Counted from the first letter of the stretch, positions 1-14,308 are shown. The stretch is DNA of 64,000 nt from Acidimicrobiia bacterium (GCA_965216725.1 CBDCGI010000001.1:36595-100594), one strand, 5' to 3'. A program made the numbers and translations. Notes: generated from the letters alone by a model not told the origin.

Positions 1-507
1 CAGGAACACCCGATCGATGCGCAATTGGCGATCTTGACGAGGGAGCTTGCCGACTATTCCGCTGAGTTGGCAGAGCGGCCGAGGGTGATCGTGGTGAACA
101 AGGTCGATGCGGCACGCCCCGAGTCTCATGAGACCGAAGCAGGTTGGCATCTGATCTCAGCCGTCACTGGTGAGGGAATCCGGGACATGCTGCATACCGT
201 GGCTGATCTGATCGAGGAGTCGGAGCGGGCCGCGCCGGAGCGGCAGGGGTATGCGCTCTACCGCCCATTGGGGCCGCGCTTCACAGTGAGGCGAGATGAG
301 GGGATGTGGGTGGTCGAAGGTCTCGCCGCCGAACGTGCGGTGGCTTTCGCTGACATGACCACTGAAGAGGCTGCCGACATGGCGGCTCAACGTCTTTCCC
401 GACTCGGGATTGATGAGGCTCTCGCCGATGCGGGGGCGAGGGAGGGTGACGATGTGAGAATCGGAGAGATCATCTTCGAATACACGACCTCAGACGAAGA
501 GGAATAG
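1..507 (+). CDS. obgE: GTPase ObgE/CgtA, C-terminal part (5' end outside window)
   Basis: G4 motif NKVD, G5 ISAVTGEG, and the Gram-positive-type Obg C-terminal domain (GAREGDDVRIGEIIFEY). Confidence 0.9.
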   Translation, partial: QEHPIDAQLAILTRELADYSAELAERPRVIVVNKVDAARPESHETEAGWHLISAVTGEGIRDMLHTVADLIEESERAAPERQGYALYRPLGPRFTVRRDEGMWVVEGLAAERAVAFADMTTEEAADMAAQRLSRLGIDEALADAGAREGDDVRIGEIIFEYTTSDEEE

Positions 508-534
508 GCCCTTGTTTCCGATCTTCCCTTTTCC

Positions 535-2028
535 CTATCGGCGCCAGAGGTCTTTGGTGAACAGGACGAGTACCGGGAAGATCTCCAACCGGCCGACGAT
601 CATGAGTCCAGAGAGCAGCCACTTGGCCAGGTCCGGCACCGCCGCATAGTTGGAGGCAGGCCCGACATCACCCAGGCCGGGGCCAATGTTGCCCAGCGAA
701 GCGGCCACGGCCGACGTGGCGGTCACCAGGTCGAGCCCCTCCGAGAGGTTGGCGTCGATGAAGGCCAGCAGGAATGTCGACGTCATGAATAGGAATATGT
801 AGAAGAGGAAGTACGACTGCACTGACTCGACAACCGGATCGGAAACACGGGTGTTGCCAAATCTGGTGACGAACACACCGCGGGGATGAACCAATCGTCG
901 CAGATCGTTGAAAGCCGATTTCGAGAGAACTCCGATGCGGAAAGTCTTCATTCCTCCCGCCGTTGAGCCGGCCATGCCGCCCAGGAACATCAGGCCAACG
1001 ACCATTATCTGAAGGGCGGGGCGCCATAGGCCGAAGTCAGCAGACGCGAACCCGGTGGTGGTTGTCAACGAGATGGTGTTGAAGGCAGCGTCTCGGATTG
1101 CCTCTGATGGCGTCAGGTCGCTCCACAGGCCTCCGGCGACAATCACTACCGCCACGACCGTGATGAACAAGTAGAGCCTGAACTCTTGTGACTCCCAGTA
1201 CTCGGCCGGTCGGCGAAAAGCCCTGAAATGGAGGGCAAAAGAGACACCAGCCAGGAACATGAAGACCGTTATCACCCACTGTGTGTATGCGCCGAAGCCG
1301 GCGATGGAAGTCGCAGCGGTACCGAATCCGCCTGTCGACATGGTCGTGAACGAGTGGATGAGAGCCTCAAACCCGGTCATGTCCCCGAAGTAGAGGAACA
1401 CGAACTCGACAGCGGTGATGAGGGCATAGACGAGCCATAGTCGTTTCGCCGTCTCTTGAAATCTCGGAGTGAGGCGGTCTGGGGTTGGCCCGGGTGATTC
1501 TGCCCTCGCCAGCTGCATGCCACCGGTGCCCAACAACGGCAGCACTGCCACTCCGAGAACGATCACGCCCATGCCCCCCAACCATTGGGTGAGCGCGCGC
1601 CAGAACGAGATCCCGTTGTCGAGGACGCTCGGGTCCGGGAGGATCGAGGCGCCGGTGGTGGTAAAACCAGAAGCCGTTTCGAAGACGGCGTCGGTCACGT
1701 TGGGGATGGCCCCGCTCAACAGATAGGGCAGCGCACCGAAGATCGAGAACACAAACCATGCCAGGCCGACTGTCGCAAACCCTTGTTTGACAGTTATGGA
1801 TCGCGGGCGTCTGACGAATCGGCGGATCAGGTAGCCAGCCGAGGCTGTGATCAACGCCGAGAAGGCAATCCACAAGGCGGTCTCATACTCCTGCGAGACA
1901 ACGGAGACTCCGGCCGATGAAGCCATCGCCACCGCAACGAACAGCAGGATCGACCCCAGCACGTATGCGACGGTGAGAAGCAGCGAGGCGGCGGGTCGCA
2001 TCCCGGTCCGAGACGGATCGAGTCTCAT
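535..2028 (-). CDS. trkH: Trk potassium uptake system membrane protein
   Basis: Selectivity-filter motifs FETASGFTTTGAS, TMSTGGF, TTTGF and GNIGPG; many TM segments; overlaps trkA stop. Confidence 0.93.
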   Translation of the reverse strand: MRLDPSRTGMRPAASLLLTVAYVLGSILLFVAVAMASSAGVSVVSQEYETALWIAFSALITASAGYLIRRFVRRPRSITVKQGFATVGLAWFVFSIFGALPYLLSGAIPNVTDAVFETASGFTTTGASILPDPSVLDNGISFWRALTQWLGGMGVIVLGVAVLPLLGTGGMQLARAESPGPTPDRLTPRFQETAKRLWLVYALITAVEFVFLYFGDMTGFEALIHSFTTMSTGGFGTAATSIAGFGAYTQWVITVFMFLAGVSFALHFRAFRRPAEYWESQEFRLYLFITVVAVVIVAGGLWSDLTPSEAIRDAAFNTISLTTTTGFASADFGLWRPALQIMVVGLMFLGGMAGSTAGGMKTFRIGVLSKSAFNDLRRLVHPRGVFVTRFGNTRVSDPVVESVQSYFLFYIFLFMTSTFLLAFIDANLSEGLDLVTATSAVAASLGNIGPGLGDVGPASNYAAVPDLAKWLLSGLMIVGRLEIFPVLVLFTKDLWRR

Positions 2029-3356
2029 GCAGTGAAGAGGGCCACCGATTCGTCGATATCGCGAGGGAGGGAAAAGAAGATGATGTGGTCGCCGGCGCGG
2101 ATCACGGTTGACCCGTCGGGGACAAAGGTGGTTCCATTTCGGGACACGCCGCCGATGATCACGCCGATCGGCAGGTCCAGATCGAGAAGCGTACGGCCGT
2201 CTGCCTCGGCACCTCTGCTCACCTCGATCTCGATTGCCTCGGCGTCGGTGTCAGAGAAGGTGGCCACCTGCTCAACCTGACCTTGTCTCACGAAACGCAA
2301 GATCGCGCCCGCGGCCAAGAGCCTGCTGGACACCGCGGCATCGATTCCCACTCCGGCCAAGAGCGAAACGTAGGAGATTCGGTTGAAGCGGGATATGACC
2401 AATCCGGCGCCACTCGCCTTGGCGACAAGGCAGGCCAGCAGGTTGACCTCATCCCAACCGGTTAGACCAATGACCACATCCTTCGGCCCCAGGTCGAGCT
2501 CTCTCAGGACGTCGGGATCGGTAGGGTCTCCACAAACCACCAGGGCTGAAGGGTGTTTGCTGGCCAGCTTGGTGCATCGGTCAGAGTCGGAGTCGACAAG
2601 AACGACTTCCAGCCCCGCCTTACGCATTTCCCTGGCTGTCAGCCGGGCGAGGCGAGTACCTCCCACTATCACCACCCGGTCGATCTGTCTCCGCTTGAGA
2701 CCGAGCATCTTGGTTGCCGTTTCGACCTGCTCTTCGGTGGTCATCAGGAGTGCGTGGTCGCCGGCACGAACCGCGGTGTCACCGTGGGCGACAATGGTGC
2801 GGCCATCTCTGACCAGAGCCGCCACGACCCAACCCCATTCGGCGCTCCGCACACGTAGCTCCTTGAGCGGAGCGGCCGTGATCGGGGCGTGGGGTGCCAC
2901 AGTCCCGCCCACCATGACCAGTTGGCCGTCGGCGAACTGGATCAGTTCGCTGGCGCCACCGGCACCCACGATGCCAACCAGCTCCTCGGCGGTGGTGGCA
3001 GACGGATCGATGACGACATCAACTCCGAGATGAACCGATCCCTCACGGATCTCGGGGTCTTCGATACGGGCGATTGTCATGGGCACCCCGAGCTCCTTGC
3101 CTGTGTGGCAAGCAAGGACGTTGGCGCCATCGGAGTTGGATGCTGCGATCAGAAGATCGGCCTGGGAGATGCCTGCGTCTTCCAGCGTGCTCGCGCTCGC
3201 CCCGTTGCCGGTGATGACCAATGCGTCGATTTCTTCTTGTATCTCGGCGGCACGAGCCTCGTCATCTTCGATGACGACGACATCCTGACCGTCGTGGGCC
3301 AGACGCTCCGCCAAATATGAGCCAATCGCGCCGGCACCGACAATGATGATTCGCAT
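2025..3356 (-). CDS. trkA: Trk potassium uptake NAD-binding protein
   Basis: Two RCK_N/RCK_C repeats; N-terminal GAGAIG Rossmann motif; adjacent to trkH. Confidence 0.92.
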   Translation of the reverse strand: MRIIIVGAGAIGSYLAERLAHDGQDVVVIEDDEARAAEIQEEIDALVITGNGASASTLEDAGISQADLLIAASNSDGANVLACHTGKELGVPMTIARIEDPEIREGSVHLGVDVVIDPSATTAEELVGIVGAGGASELIQFADGQLVMVGGTVAPHAPITAAPLKELRVRSAEWGWVVAALVRDGRTIVAHGDTAVRAGDHALLMTTEEQVETATKMLGLKRRQIDRVVIVGGTRLARLTAREMRKAGLEVVLVDSDSDRCTKLASKHPSALVVCGDPTDPDVLRELDLGPKDVVIGLTGWDEVNLLACLVAKASGAGLVISRFNRISYVSLLAGVGIDAAVSSRLLAAGAILRFVRQGQVEQVATFSDTDAEAIEIEVSRGAEADGRTLLDLDLPIGVIIGGVSRNGTTFVPDGSTVIRAGDHIIFFSLPRDIDESVALFTA

Positions 3357-3453
3357 CTCTTACCTGGAAAAGTGAAACCGCGGGAACAGGCTAACCACGA
3401 TATCTCGGTGCCCGTAGAATGGTCGCAGTCCCTGTTGTCAGGAGTTTTGCCCG

Positions 3454-4317
3454 GTGTCCTTTGAATCTCCCGCCGCCGTCTCAGGTGCCCTGCGAGAAGT
3501 GGGCTATCTGCCTGACGAGAGGATCGCCCAGGTCGTCTTTCTTGCGATTCGCCTCGGGAAGCCGATTCTGGTCGAGGGTCCCGCTGGGGTGGGCAAGACC
3601 GAGCTGGCAAAGGCGCTGGCTCAGGCCGCCGAAAGGCCGCTGATACGTCTTCAGTGTTACGAGGGGCTCGACGAGGCCAAGGCGCTGTATGAGTGGAACT
3701 ACAAGAAACAGCTGCTTCGAATTCAGGCCGATGTAGACCACGAATGGGACCAGATCTCCCAGGACATCTTCTCCGAGGAATTCCTTCTCACCAGGCCGTT
3801 GCTACAGGCCATCCGCTCCCAGGAACCCGCACTTCTGCTCATTGACGAGGTCGACCGGGTCGAGGTCGAGACGGAAGCTTTGTTGCTCGAGGTCCTCTCG
3901 GATTTTCAGGTTTCGATTCCGGAGCTGGGCACAATCGAGGCTGCCACCCACCCTGTGGTCGTTCTCACGTCCAACAACACTCGCGAGCTCAGCGAAGCAT
4001 TGAAAAGGCGATGTCTGTTCCTCCACATCGACTATCCGGATCCGGCGAGGGAGCAGGACATCCTCAGCACCCGTGTTCCCGGGCTCTCCGACCACCTCGC
4101 GGCGCAAGTGGCCAAAGTCGCGAGGTCGATTCGAAATCTCGACCTGAAGAAGGCGCCTTCTGTCTCGGAGACAATCGATTGGGCAAGGACACTCATCGCG
4201 CTGTCGATCGACGACGTCGACGAGTCAGTCCTGGGAGACACGCTTCACGTGCTGCTCAAGTACCAGGGCGACATCGAGAAGGCCGCCAAGGAGCTGGTGC
4301 CGCCCTCAGGGGGATAG
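3454..4317 (+). CDS. MoxR-family AAA+ ATPase (CoxD-like)
   Basis: Walker A GPAGVGKT, RLQCYEGLD motif, Walker B LLIDEVDR, LSEALKRRC. Confidence 0.9.
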   Translation: MSFESPAAVSGALREVGYLPDERIAQVVFLAIRLGKPILVEGPAGVGKTELAKALAQAAERPLIRLQCYEGLDEAKALYEWNYKKQLLRIQADVDHEWDQISQDIFSEEFLLTRPLLQAIRSQEPALLLIDEVDRVEVETEALLLEVLSDFQVSIPELGTIEAATHPVVVLTSNNTRELSEALKRRCLFLHIDYPDPAREQDILSTRVPGLSDHLAAQVAKVARSIRNLDLKKAPSVSETIDWARTLIALSIDDVDESVLGDTLHVLLKYQGDIEKAAKELVPPSGG

Positions 4318-5729
4318 TGGTGCTGGGGGTGCTGACAGGATTCATCGATGAGCTTCGGGCAGCCGGAGTCCCCGTGTCCATGGTCGAGGCGATCGACTCC
4401 ATGGAGGCCGTTGAAGTCATCGACCTCGGCGATAGGACCGAGCTGCGAGAGACGCTGCGGTCGACTCTCGTGAAGAGTCTCAGGCACGAGCGCGCCTTCG
4501 ACACCGCTTTCGACGTCTACTTCTCGACGATTCCGCCTCCAACGGAAGCCGCGGACCCAGCCGATGATGAGCTCGGCGCCGAGACCGGTGGTGGCGAGGA
4601 CTTCGATCTGGACAGGCTGGTGGCAGACCTCGCCCGCGCCCTCGAAGACATGGACCTCGATGAGCTTCGGCGGCTGGCTCGGGCGGCGGTCGACGAGCTG
4701 GCGGGAATGGAGCCCGGGCGACCCGTGGGCGGGACTTACTACCTCTATCGGACTTTGAGGCGGCTTGACCTGGCGAGTCTCGAGCAAGCGCTTCTAGAGG
4801 CCCTGGGCGAACAGGACGACCTATCGAACCTCGAGCGAAGACTCCTGGAAGAGGAAGTGAAAGGCCGTATTAAGGAGTTGCGAGAGGAGATCCAGGATGA
4901 GATCCGGCGGCGGCTTGTCGCTGACCGCGGGCGGGACGCGGTGGCTCGAACCTTGAGGCGGCCACTACTCGAGGACGTGGATCTGATGCACGCCACGGCA
5001 CTGGATCTGCAGGAGATGGAAGCTGCCATCGGGCCTCTAACTCGGAAGCTGGCGGCGAGACTGGCGAGAAGGCGGAAGAAGCGCACCGGCCGGCTCGACT
5101 TTCGGAAGACGGTGCGCCGGTCTTTGGCGACCGGCGGCGTCCCCGTCGAGCCTCAGTTCCGTCATCCGAGACCACATCGACCAGAGGTATGGCTCCTGTG
5201 CGATATCAGCGGGTCCATGGCGACGTTCAGCCGCTTCACCCTTCAGTTCACCCACGCCATGGCTACTCAGTTCTCGAGGCTTCGCTCCTTTGCATTTGTG
5301 GACACCGTGGACGAGGTCACCGGCTACTTCGGTGCGGGGGTCGACTTCGCAACCGCTCTGCGGCGGGTCATGACCGAAGCCGAGGTGGTATGGATGGACG
5401 GGCACTCCGATTACGGCAACTCACTGCAAACCTTTCGCAACGACTTCGAGCGGCAGCTGACACCGCGGACCACGGTCATAATCACAGGAGATGCCCGGAA
5501 CAACTATCGGCCTTCGCGGGCGCCCATCCTGGGCGAAATCGCCCAGCAAGCGCGTGCTGTCGTATGGCTGAATCCTGAACCGATTGCCTATTGGGACACC
5601 GGCGACTCGGCCATGGGCGAATACGCTCCTTTTTGCACCTCGGTTCACGAGGTGAGAACTCTTCGACAGCTCGAGGCTTTCGTCGAGGAACTGGCCTTGC
5701 CAGGTCGCTCGACCTATGCGAATCCCTAA
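4317..5729 (+). CDS. VWA-domain CoxE-like protein
   Basis: MIDAS-like DISGSM, TGDARNN, WLNPEP; GTG at 4317 overlaps the ATPase stop. Confidence 0.88.
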   Translation: MVLGVLTGFIDELRAAGVPVSMVEAIDSMEAVEVIDLGDRTELRETLRSTLVKSLRHERAFDTAFDVYFSTIPPPTEAADPADDELGAETGGGEDFDLDRLVADLARALEDMDLDELRRLARAAVDELAGMEPGRPVGGTYYLYRTLRRLDLASLEQALLEALGEQDDLSNLERRLLEEEVKGRIKELREEIQDEIRRRLVADRGRDAVARTLRRPLLEDVDLMHATALDLQEMEAAIGPLTRKLAARLARRRKKRTGRLDFRKTVRRSLATGGVPVEPQFRHPRPHRPEVWLLCDISGSMATFSRFTLQFTHAMATQFSRLRSFAFVDTVDEVTGYFGAGVDFATALRRVMTEAEVVWMDGHSDYGNSLQTFRNDFERQLTPRTTVIITGDARNNYRPSRAPILGEIAQQARAVVWLNPEPIAYWDTGDSAMGEYAPFCTSVHEVRTLRQLEAFVEELALPGRSTYANP

Positions 5730-5754
5730 ACCTGACCACTCAGAGTGCCGATAG
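5727..5754 (+). promoter_or_regulatory. Putative sigma28/SigD/WhiG-type promoter
   Basis: TAAA (5727-5730) - 16 nt - GCCGATAG (5747-5754), upstream of the response regulator. Confidence 0.5.
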
Positions 5755-5801
5755 CAGCGCGTAGCAAACCCGTGCGGGTCGAAGCGAGCAGAGGAAGCTG
5801 A

Positions 5802-6167
5802 ATGGGATCTCGGATTCTCGTAGTGGAGGACTCAGCCGTGATCAGACGGCTGATAGAAGTGTGTCTCCGTGCGGCCGACCTAGAGATCATCACCCGCGAT
5901 GATGGCCGGAACGGCCTCACCGCAGTCAGCACCGAATCGCCCGATCTGGTGGTGCTCGACATCGGTCTCCCGGGGATGGATGGCTGGGAAGTCCTCGATC
6001 GCATCCGCACCGACGAGACGACCAGCACGATACCGGTTGTTGTGCTGACCGCCCACGCCGAGGAGGAGTCGAGGCGCAGGGCCAATGAGGGCGGCGCAGA
6101 CGCTTTCGTCACGAAGCCATTCCAGCCCAACGACTTTCGCAGCACAGTCCTCTCCCTCCTCGAATGA
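5802..6167 (+). CDS. Single-domain (CheY-like) response regulator
   Basis: ILVVED, phospho-acceptor DLVVLDIGLPGMDG, LTA, FVTKPF; no output domain. Confidence 0.9.
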   Translation: MGSRILVVEDSAVIRRLIEVCLRAADLEIITRDDGRNGLTAVSTESPDLVVLDIGLPGMDGWEVLDRIRTDETTSTIPVVVLTAHAEEESRRRANEGGADAFVTKPFQPNDFRSTVLSLLE

Positions 6168-6198
6168 GAGGCTGACGGCAGGGCGTTAACCTGCCGTT

Positions 6199-10504
<4,306 letters not shown>

Positions 10505-10589
10505 CTGTTTCCTTTCATACGAGAGACGCTAGCGACGTGCCCCTTCTCTTCGATAGTTGGCGGAGATATGTTGGCGTTGTGGGGGAAAG

Positions 10590-11258
10590 ATGTTGAGTGC
10601 GATGGCGGTTGTCGCCTTTTGTCTGGTGGCCCCCGTGAACGGTCCGATCACACACGGGTATTCCCCAGTTGGCGAGTACGGGGGTCACTGGGGAGTCGAT
10701 TATGCGGTCCCCGCAGGTGCCCAAGTGTTCGCGCCGGCGTCCGGCGTGGTTACGTTCGCGGGCTCGGTGGCTGGGATGAGGTCTGTGACGATCGAGCCCA
10801 TTCCGGGGCTAAAGGTCTCGGTGTCTTATCTGAGCTCCATCGCGGTCGCCAGTGGTCGCTACGTCCGTCGGGGTGAAGTCCTTGGCTCAGCTGGTTCCCC
10901 GCATGGCGTCGATGGGGTCCACATGTCGGTGCGCATTGGCGGGCGCTACGTTGATCCCGAGGCCCACTTGGGATGTATTGCAACGGATATCACCCGTGCT
11001 CTCAGGTTGGTTCCAGTTGACCCGCCCTATCCTCGCCGGCGTGCGCATCGGAATCCTGGGGGGAACCTTCGACCCCGTCCACAACGGTCACTTGGCAGTC
11101 GCCGAAGCGGCGATGGGCAGCGGGAGGCTGGACCGAGTGCTGATGATGCCTGCGGGCGATCCATGGCAGAAGATTGGCCGGGCGGTGACGCCAGCCCGGA
11201 ACAGGTTGGAAATGGTGAGGCTGGCCGTCGCCGACACGCCGGGCCTGGAAGTCGATGA
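10590..11258 (+). CDS. M23 family metallopeptidase (EnvC/NlpD-like); C-terminal extent uncertain
   Basis: HWGVDY zinc motif, VFAPASGVVTFAG, HMSVR, YVDP; the reading frame runs about 218 nt into nadD. Confidence 0.7.
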   Translation: MLSAMAVVAFCLVAPVNGPITHGYSPVGEYGGHWGVDYAVPAGAQVFAPASGVVTFAGSVAGMRSVTIEPIPGLKVSVSYLSSIAVASGRYVRRGEVLGSAGSPHGVDGVHMSVRIGGRYVDPEAHLGCIATDITRALRLVPVDPPYPRRRAHRNPGGNLRPRPQRSLGSRRSGDGQREAGPSADDACGRSMAEDWPGGDASPEQVGNGEAGRRRHAGPGSR

Positions 11259-11655
11259 CCGTGAGGTCAGGCGACAGGGCCCGACGTTCACGATCGATAC
11301 GTTGGAGTCGTTCCCGGATTCCGACGAGCTCTATCTGGTCCTTGGCGCCGACACTGCAATGGGCATCCGAACCTGGCATCGGGCTTCCGACTTGCTGCAC
11401 CGAGCCGAGGTGATGGTGGTGCCTCGGTCCGGTTTGACGCGGGAAGACGTGGCGTCCGTATTGGATCACTTCCATTTTCTCGAAATGGAACCGGTGGAGA
11501 TCAGCGCTACTTCGATCAGAGAATCCCTGGCGAACGGTGAGGACGTGACTGACCTTGTGCCCGAGCCAGTGTTGTCGTACATCGGCTTGCACAATCTCTA
11601 CAACAACGCTGGGAACGACGATATGGTGGAGCCACCAACGAACCTGGAGGAATAG
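11041..11655 (+). CDS. nadD: Nicotinate-nucleotide adenylyltransferase
   Basis: GILGGTFDPVHNGH, FTIDTL, LGAD, ISATSIR; GTG at 11041. Confidence 0.93.
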   Translation: MRIGILGGTFDPVHNGHLAVAEAAMGSGRLDRVLMMPAGDPWQKIGRAVTPARNRLEMVRLAVADTPGLEVDDREVRRQGPTFTIDTLESFPDSDELYLVLGADTAMGIRTWHRASDLLHRAEVMVVPRSGLTREDVASVLDHFHFLEMEPVEISATSIRESLANGEDVTDLVPEPVLSYIGLHNLYNNAGNDDMVEPPTNLEE

Positions 11656-12026
11656 TCGTAGAGACGAGCAACCAACTGGCACGGCTTACAGCCGATGCAC
11701 TGTTCGCCAAGAAAGGCACCGACATCGTGCTGTTGGATGTCGAGGAGTTGTTTGCCCTCTCCGATGTGTTCGTGATCGCAACGGGTTCGTCACGCCCCCA
11801 CGTCCAGTCTTTGGGGGAGGCCGTGATCGAGCGGTTGTCCCAGGACGAGGGTCTGAAGCCGATTCGCTCCGAAGGGATGAATGAGGGGGAGTGGGTCCTT
11901 CTCGACTACGGAGACATCATTGTTCACGTGTTCCAAGGCGGGCCACGAGAGTTCTACGGGCTGGAGCGTCTGTGGGCCGACTCAGGTCGGATCGAGTGGT
12001 CGGAACCTGCGGTGGCCGACGGCTGA
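11652..12026 (+). CDS. rsfS: Ribosome silencing factor; start codon uncertain and probably non-canonical
   Basis: KKGTDIVLLDV, FVIATGSS, WVLLDYGDIIVHVF, REFYGLERLW; follows nadD as usual. Confidence 0.9.
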   Translation: MVVETSNQLARLTADALFAKKGTDIVLLDVEELFALSDVFVIATGSSRPHVQSLGEAVIERLSQDEGLKPIRSEGMNEGEWVLLDYGDIIVHVFQGGPREFYGLERLWADSGRIEWSEPAVADG

Positions 12027-12131
12027 ATCACTCACGCCAGACCGAACCAGCCCAACTGCCAATCGACCCCAGCCTCCCGGTACCGGGACTCGTTCTTCAA
12101 CCCGGCCGCCAGTATCATGACCGGTCCCACT

Positions 12132-12205
12132 GGGGCTGTAGCTCAGTTCGGCAGAGCACTTGACTGGCAGTCAAGGGGTCAGGGGTTCAAATCCCCTCAG
12201 CTCCA
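12132..12205 (+). tRNA. tRNA-Ala(GGC)
   Basis: Acceptor GGGGCTG/CAGCTCC with G3.U70, anticodon arm CTTGA-CTGGCAG-TCAAG, T-loop TTCAAAT, A73; CCA not encoded. Confidence 0.95.
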
Positions 12206-12208
12206 CCC

Positions 12209-12237
12209 GGAAACCTCCTCGTCAGAGGGGGTTTTCC
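12209..12237 (+). terminator. Hairpin terminator after tRNA-Ala
   Basis: GGAAACCTCCTC-GTCA-GAGGGGGTTTTCC inverted repeat. Confidence 0.6.
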
Positions 12238-12446
12238 ATATTCTGGATTCTGTTGACGCGGCGAGATTGCTTTTCGTTCATGGGTTGAGGCCGTCTAATA
12301 CGCACAGCCTGGGGTGTGAAGTGATCATCTTGGATGAGCGTTTCAAGTCATAGATTCGCCGCTCTCTAACGCGTACATAATGCCGGTTATGGAGCGTAGG
12401 ACTTCGGTGTTGGCGTAGTTTTCAGAGACCGACCGGGAGGAGGATC

Positions 12447-13175
12447 ATGATGACAACGTATCGATTCAGCTTGTTGGTCGTTCTTGTTCTGGTGGTTGTG
12501 GCATGTGCTGGGGTGAGTCCAGATTCGAACACGGCTGACCCTTCTCCCGCCGCAGATAGTGAGTTGACGATCTTGGTTCTCGGGGATTCGATCTTTGAAT
12601 CGAACAAGGCTCAAGGAGAATCGATACCGGAGGTTTTGGGGAGAGCGCTCGGCACTGCGGTTCACAACGCCGCTCAAGGGGGCGCCCATTTCTCAATCTC
12701 TGATTCGGCTATCACTCAAGCACTCGACGTACGGAGCCAATACCAAGAGGGTGACTGGGAGTGGGTTGTGATCCAGGGGGGCGGAAACGACTACATGGAT
12801 GACTGTGGTTGCGGAGAATGCGACGCACAGATTGAAGAGCTGGTTTCGAGCGATGGGTTGGCCGGAGAGATTCCGGAATTCGCGCGGAACCTGGTTAAAA
12901 GTGACACGCATGTGATGTTTGTCGGCTATTACGAAGTGCCGTCGGATGCTGAATATGGGTTCGACGTTTGCGATGACGAAGTGATAGAGCACAATGCTCG
13001 GCTTGCTCTGATGGCAAAGGCCATCGACGGTCTTTGGTTCGTTTCGGCAGCGGATGTGGTCATGGCAGACGACCGGGCCGCATACGCTGAAGATCGTGTT
13101 CACCCTTCTGTCGAAGGATCAAGACTTGTCGGCGAGCACATCGCCGCTGCGATTACTAACGCCGAAACAGGCTAA
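12447..13175 (+). CDS. SGNH/GDSL hydrolase lipoprotein
   Basis: Lipobox-like VVAC, LGDS, GGGND, DRVHPS; RBS GGAGGA. Confidence 0.85.
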   Translation: MMTTYRFSLLVVLVLVVVACAGVSPDSNTADPSPAADSELTILVLGDSIFESNKAQGESIPEVLGRALGTAVHNAAQGGAHFSISDSAITQALDVRSQYQEGDWEWVVIQGGGNDYMDDCGCGECDAQIEELVSSDGLAGEIPEFARNLVKSDTHVMFVGYYEVPSDAEYGFDVCDDEVIEHNARLALMAKAIDGLWFVSAADVVMADDRAAYAEDRVHPSVEGSRLVGEHIAAAITNAETG

Positions 13176-13189
13176 CGAGCCAGCCCGGT

Positions 13190-13652
13190 GGGAGTCTGTC
13201 GCAGGAGAGCATTGCGGCAGGTATGGGCGACAGAGGTCAGTGCAGGGAACTGCTTTCGAAGCGGTTCAGCCTGCTTGTTTTCGGGAGAAGAATTTCACGG
13301 TTCCAAGGATGAACGAGGCAACCGCCAGAATCCAACTTAAGAGCCAGGGGAAGTACAGAAGCTCCAGATTCACGTTCGTTCCGGCCGGCTCAACGAGACG
13401 GACCAGAGAAACCCAGAAGGACCGGACGTTCACATGTTCGTCAAAGACCCCAAGGCCATCCCCGAATATGAATACGACGTCCCATCTGACCCGTCTCGGT
13501 CCCTTCCCGCCGACGCCGAGAAACTAGGCACAGGCGACCACGAGCAGTACGAATTGTGGTATTCGCCAACTGACCCTCACTACATCTACCTAGTCGATGA
13601 AGACTCAACCCAAGCATGGGTACGAGCCACCGACTGGGGACTTTGCTCATAA
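13190..13652 (+). pseudogene. Fragmentary hypothetical gene; only the C-terminal frame 13434-13652 looks protein-like
   Basis: ORF MFVKDPKAIPEYEYD...WGLCS has protein-like composition but no convincing start; upstream frames are broken. Confidence 0.3.
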
Positions 13653-13794
13653 CGATCACCCGGAAATATCGGCGACGATATGTACCGGGCGGGTGTCAAT
13701 GTGCTGTACGACGACTGTGCGTCATCGGACTGACACCAGCTTCTAGATGGGGAGGATCCCCTATTGAGGCGAAACGGGAGCCCATGTCTAATGG

Positions 13795-14262
13795 GTGACA
13801 AAAAGGGAGTTGTGTGCGGAACAAGCCGGCATGGTGAGGCGGTTGAGATGGCGCTTGGTCGGGGGTGCATGCCTTCTTGCGCTGCTGACCGTGGGTTGTT
13901 CGCCTGGAAGCATCGACGAGGGGGTGTATCTAGCTGACGAGGGCGGAGACCTGGCAAGGCTGGAATTCAAAGTGGACACGTGGGTGTATCAGAGTGGATC
14001 CCGATCTGAAGTAGCTGGCTCCTATACGGTCGAGGACGATCAGATCACCGTCTTTGACGACGGCCTCTGCCCAGACATCGGGGAAGGCACTTACGTCTGG
14101 ACGGTCGACGGAGACACCCTCTCCTTCACCGTCTACGCAGTCAGCATCCGCAGTGGCGACAATGTGTTGGCCCGGTTCCCAGCTGATACGTGTGCAGAAC
14201 GCCTCGCAATCTTTGACGGCAGGATCTACCGACTGCATGCGCCGAACCCGGAATCAGGATAG
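13795..14262 (+). CDS. Hypothetical lipoprotein
   Basis: Signal peptide with lipobox LTVGC; beta-rich with a Cys pair. Confidence 0.6.
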   Translation: MTKRELCAEQAGMVRRLRWRLVGGACLLALLTVGCSPGSIDEGVYLADEGGDLARLEFKVDTWVYQSGSRSEVAGSYTVEDDQITVFDDGLCPDIGEGTYVWTVDGDTLSFTVYAVSIRSGDNVLARFPADTCAERLAIFDGRIYRLHAPNPESG

Positions 14263-14308
14263 AGGTAGCCACGAACGCCCAACGCGGAGGCCCGGTCATA
14301 ATGCCGTT

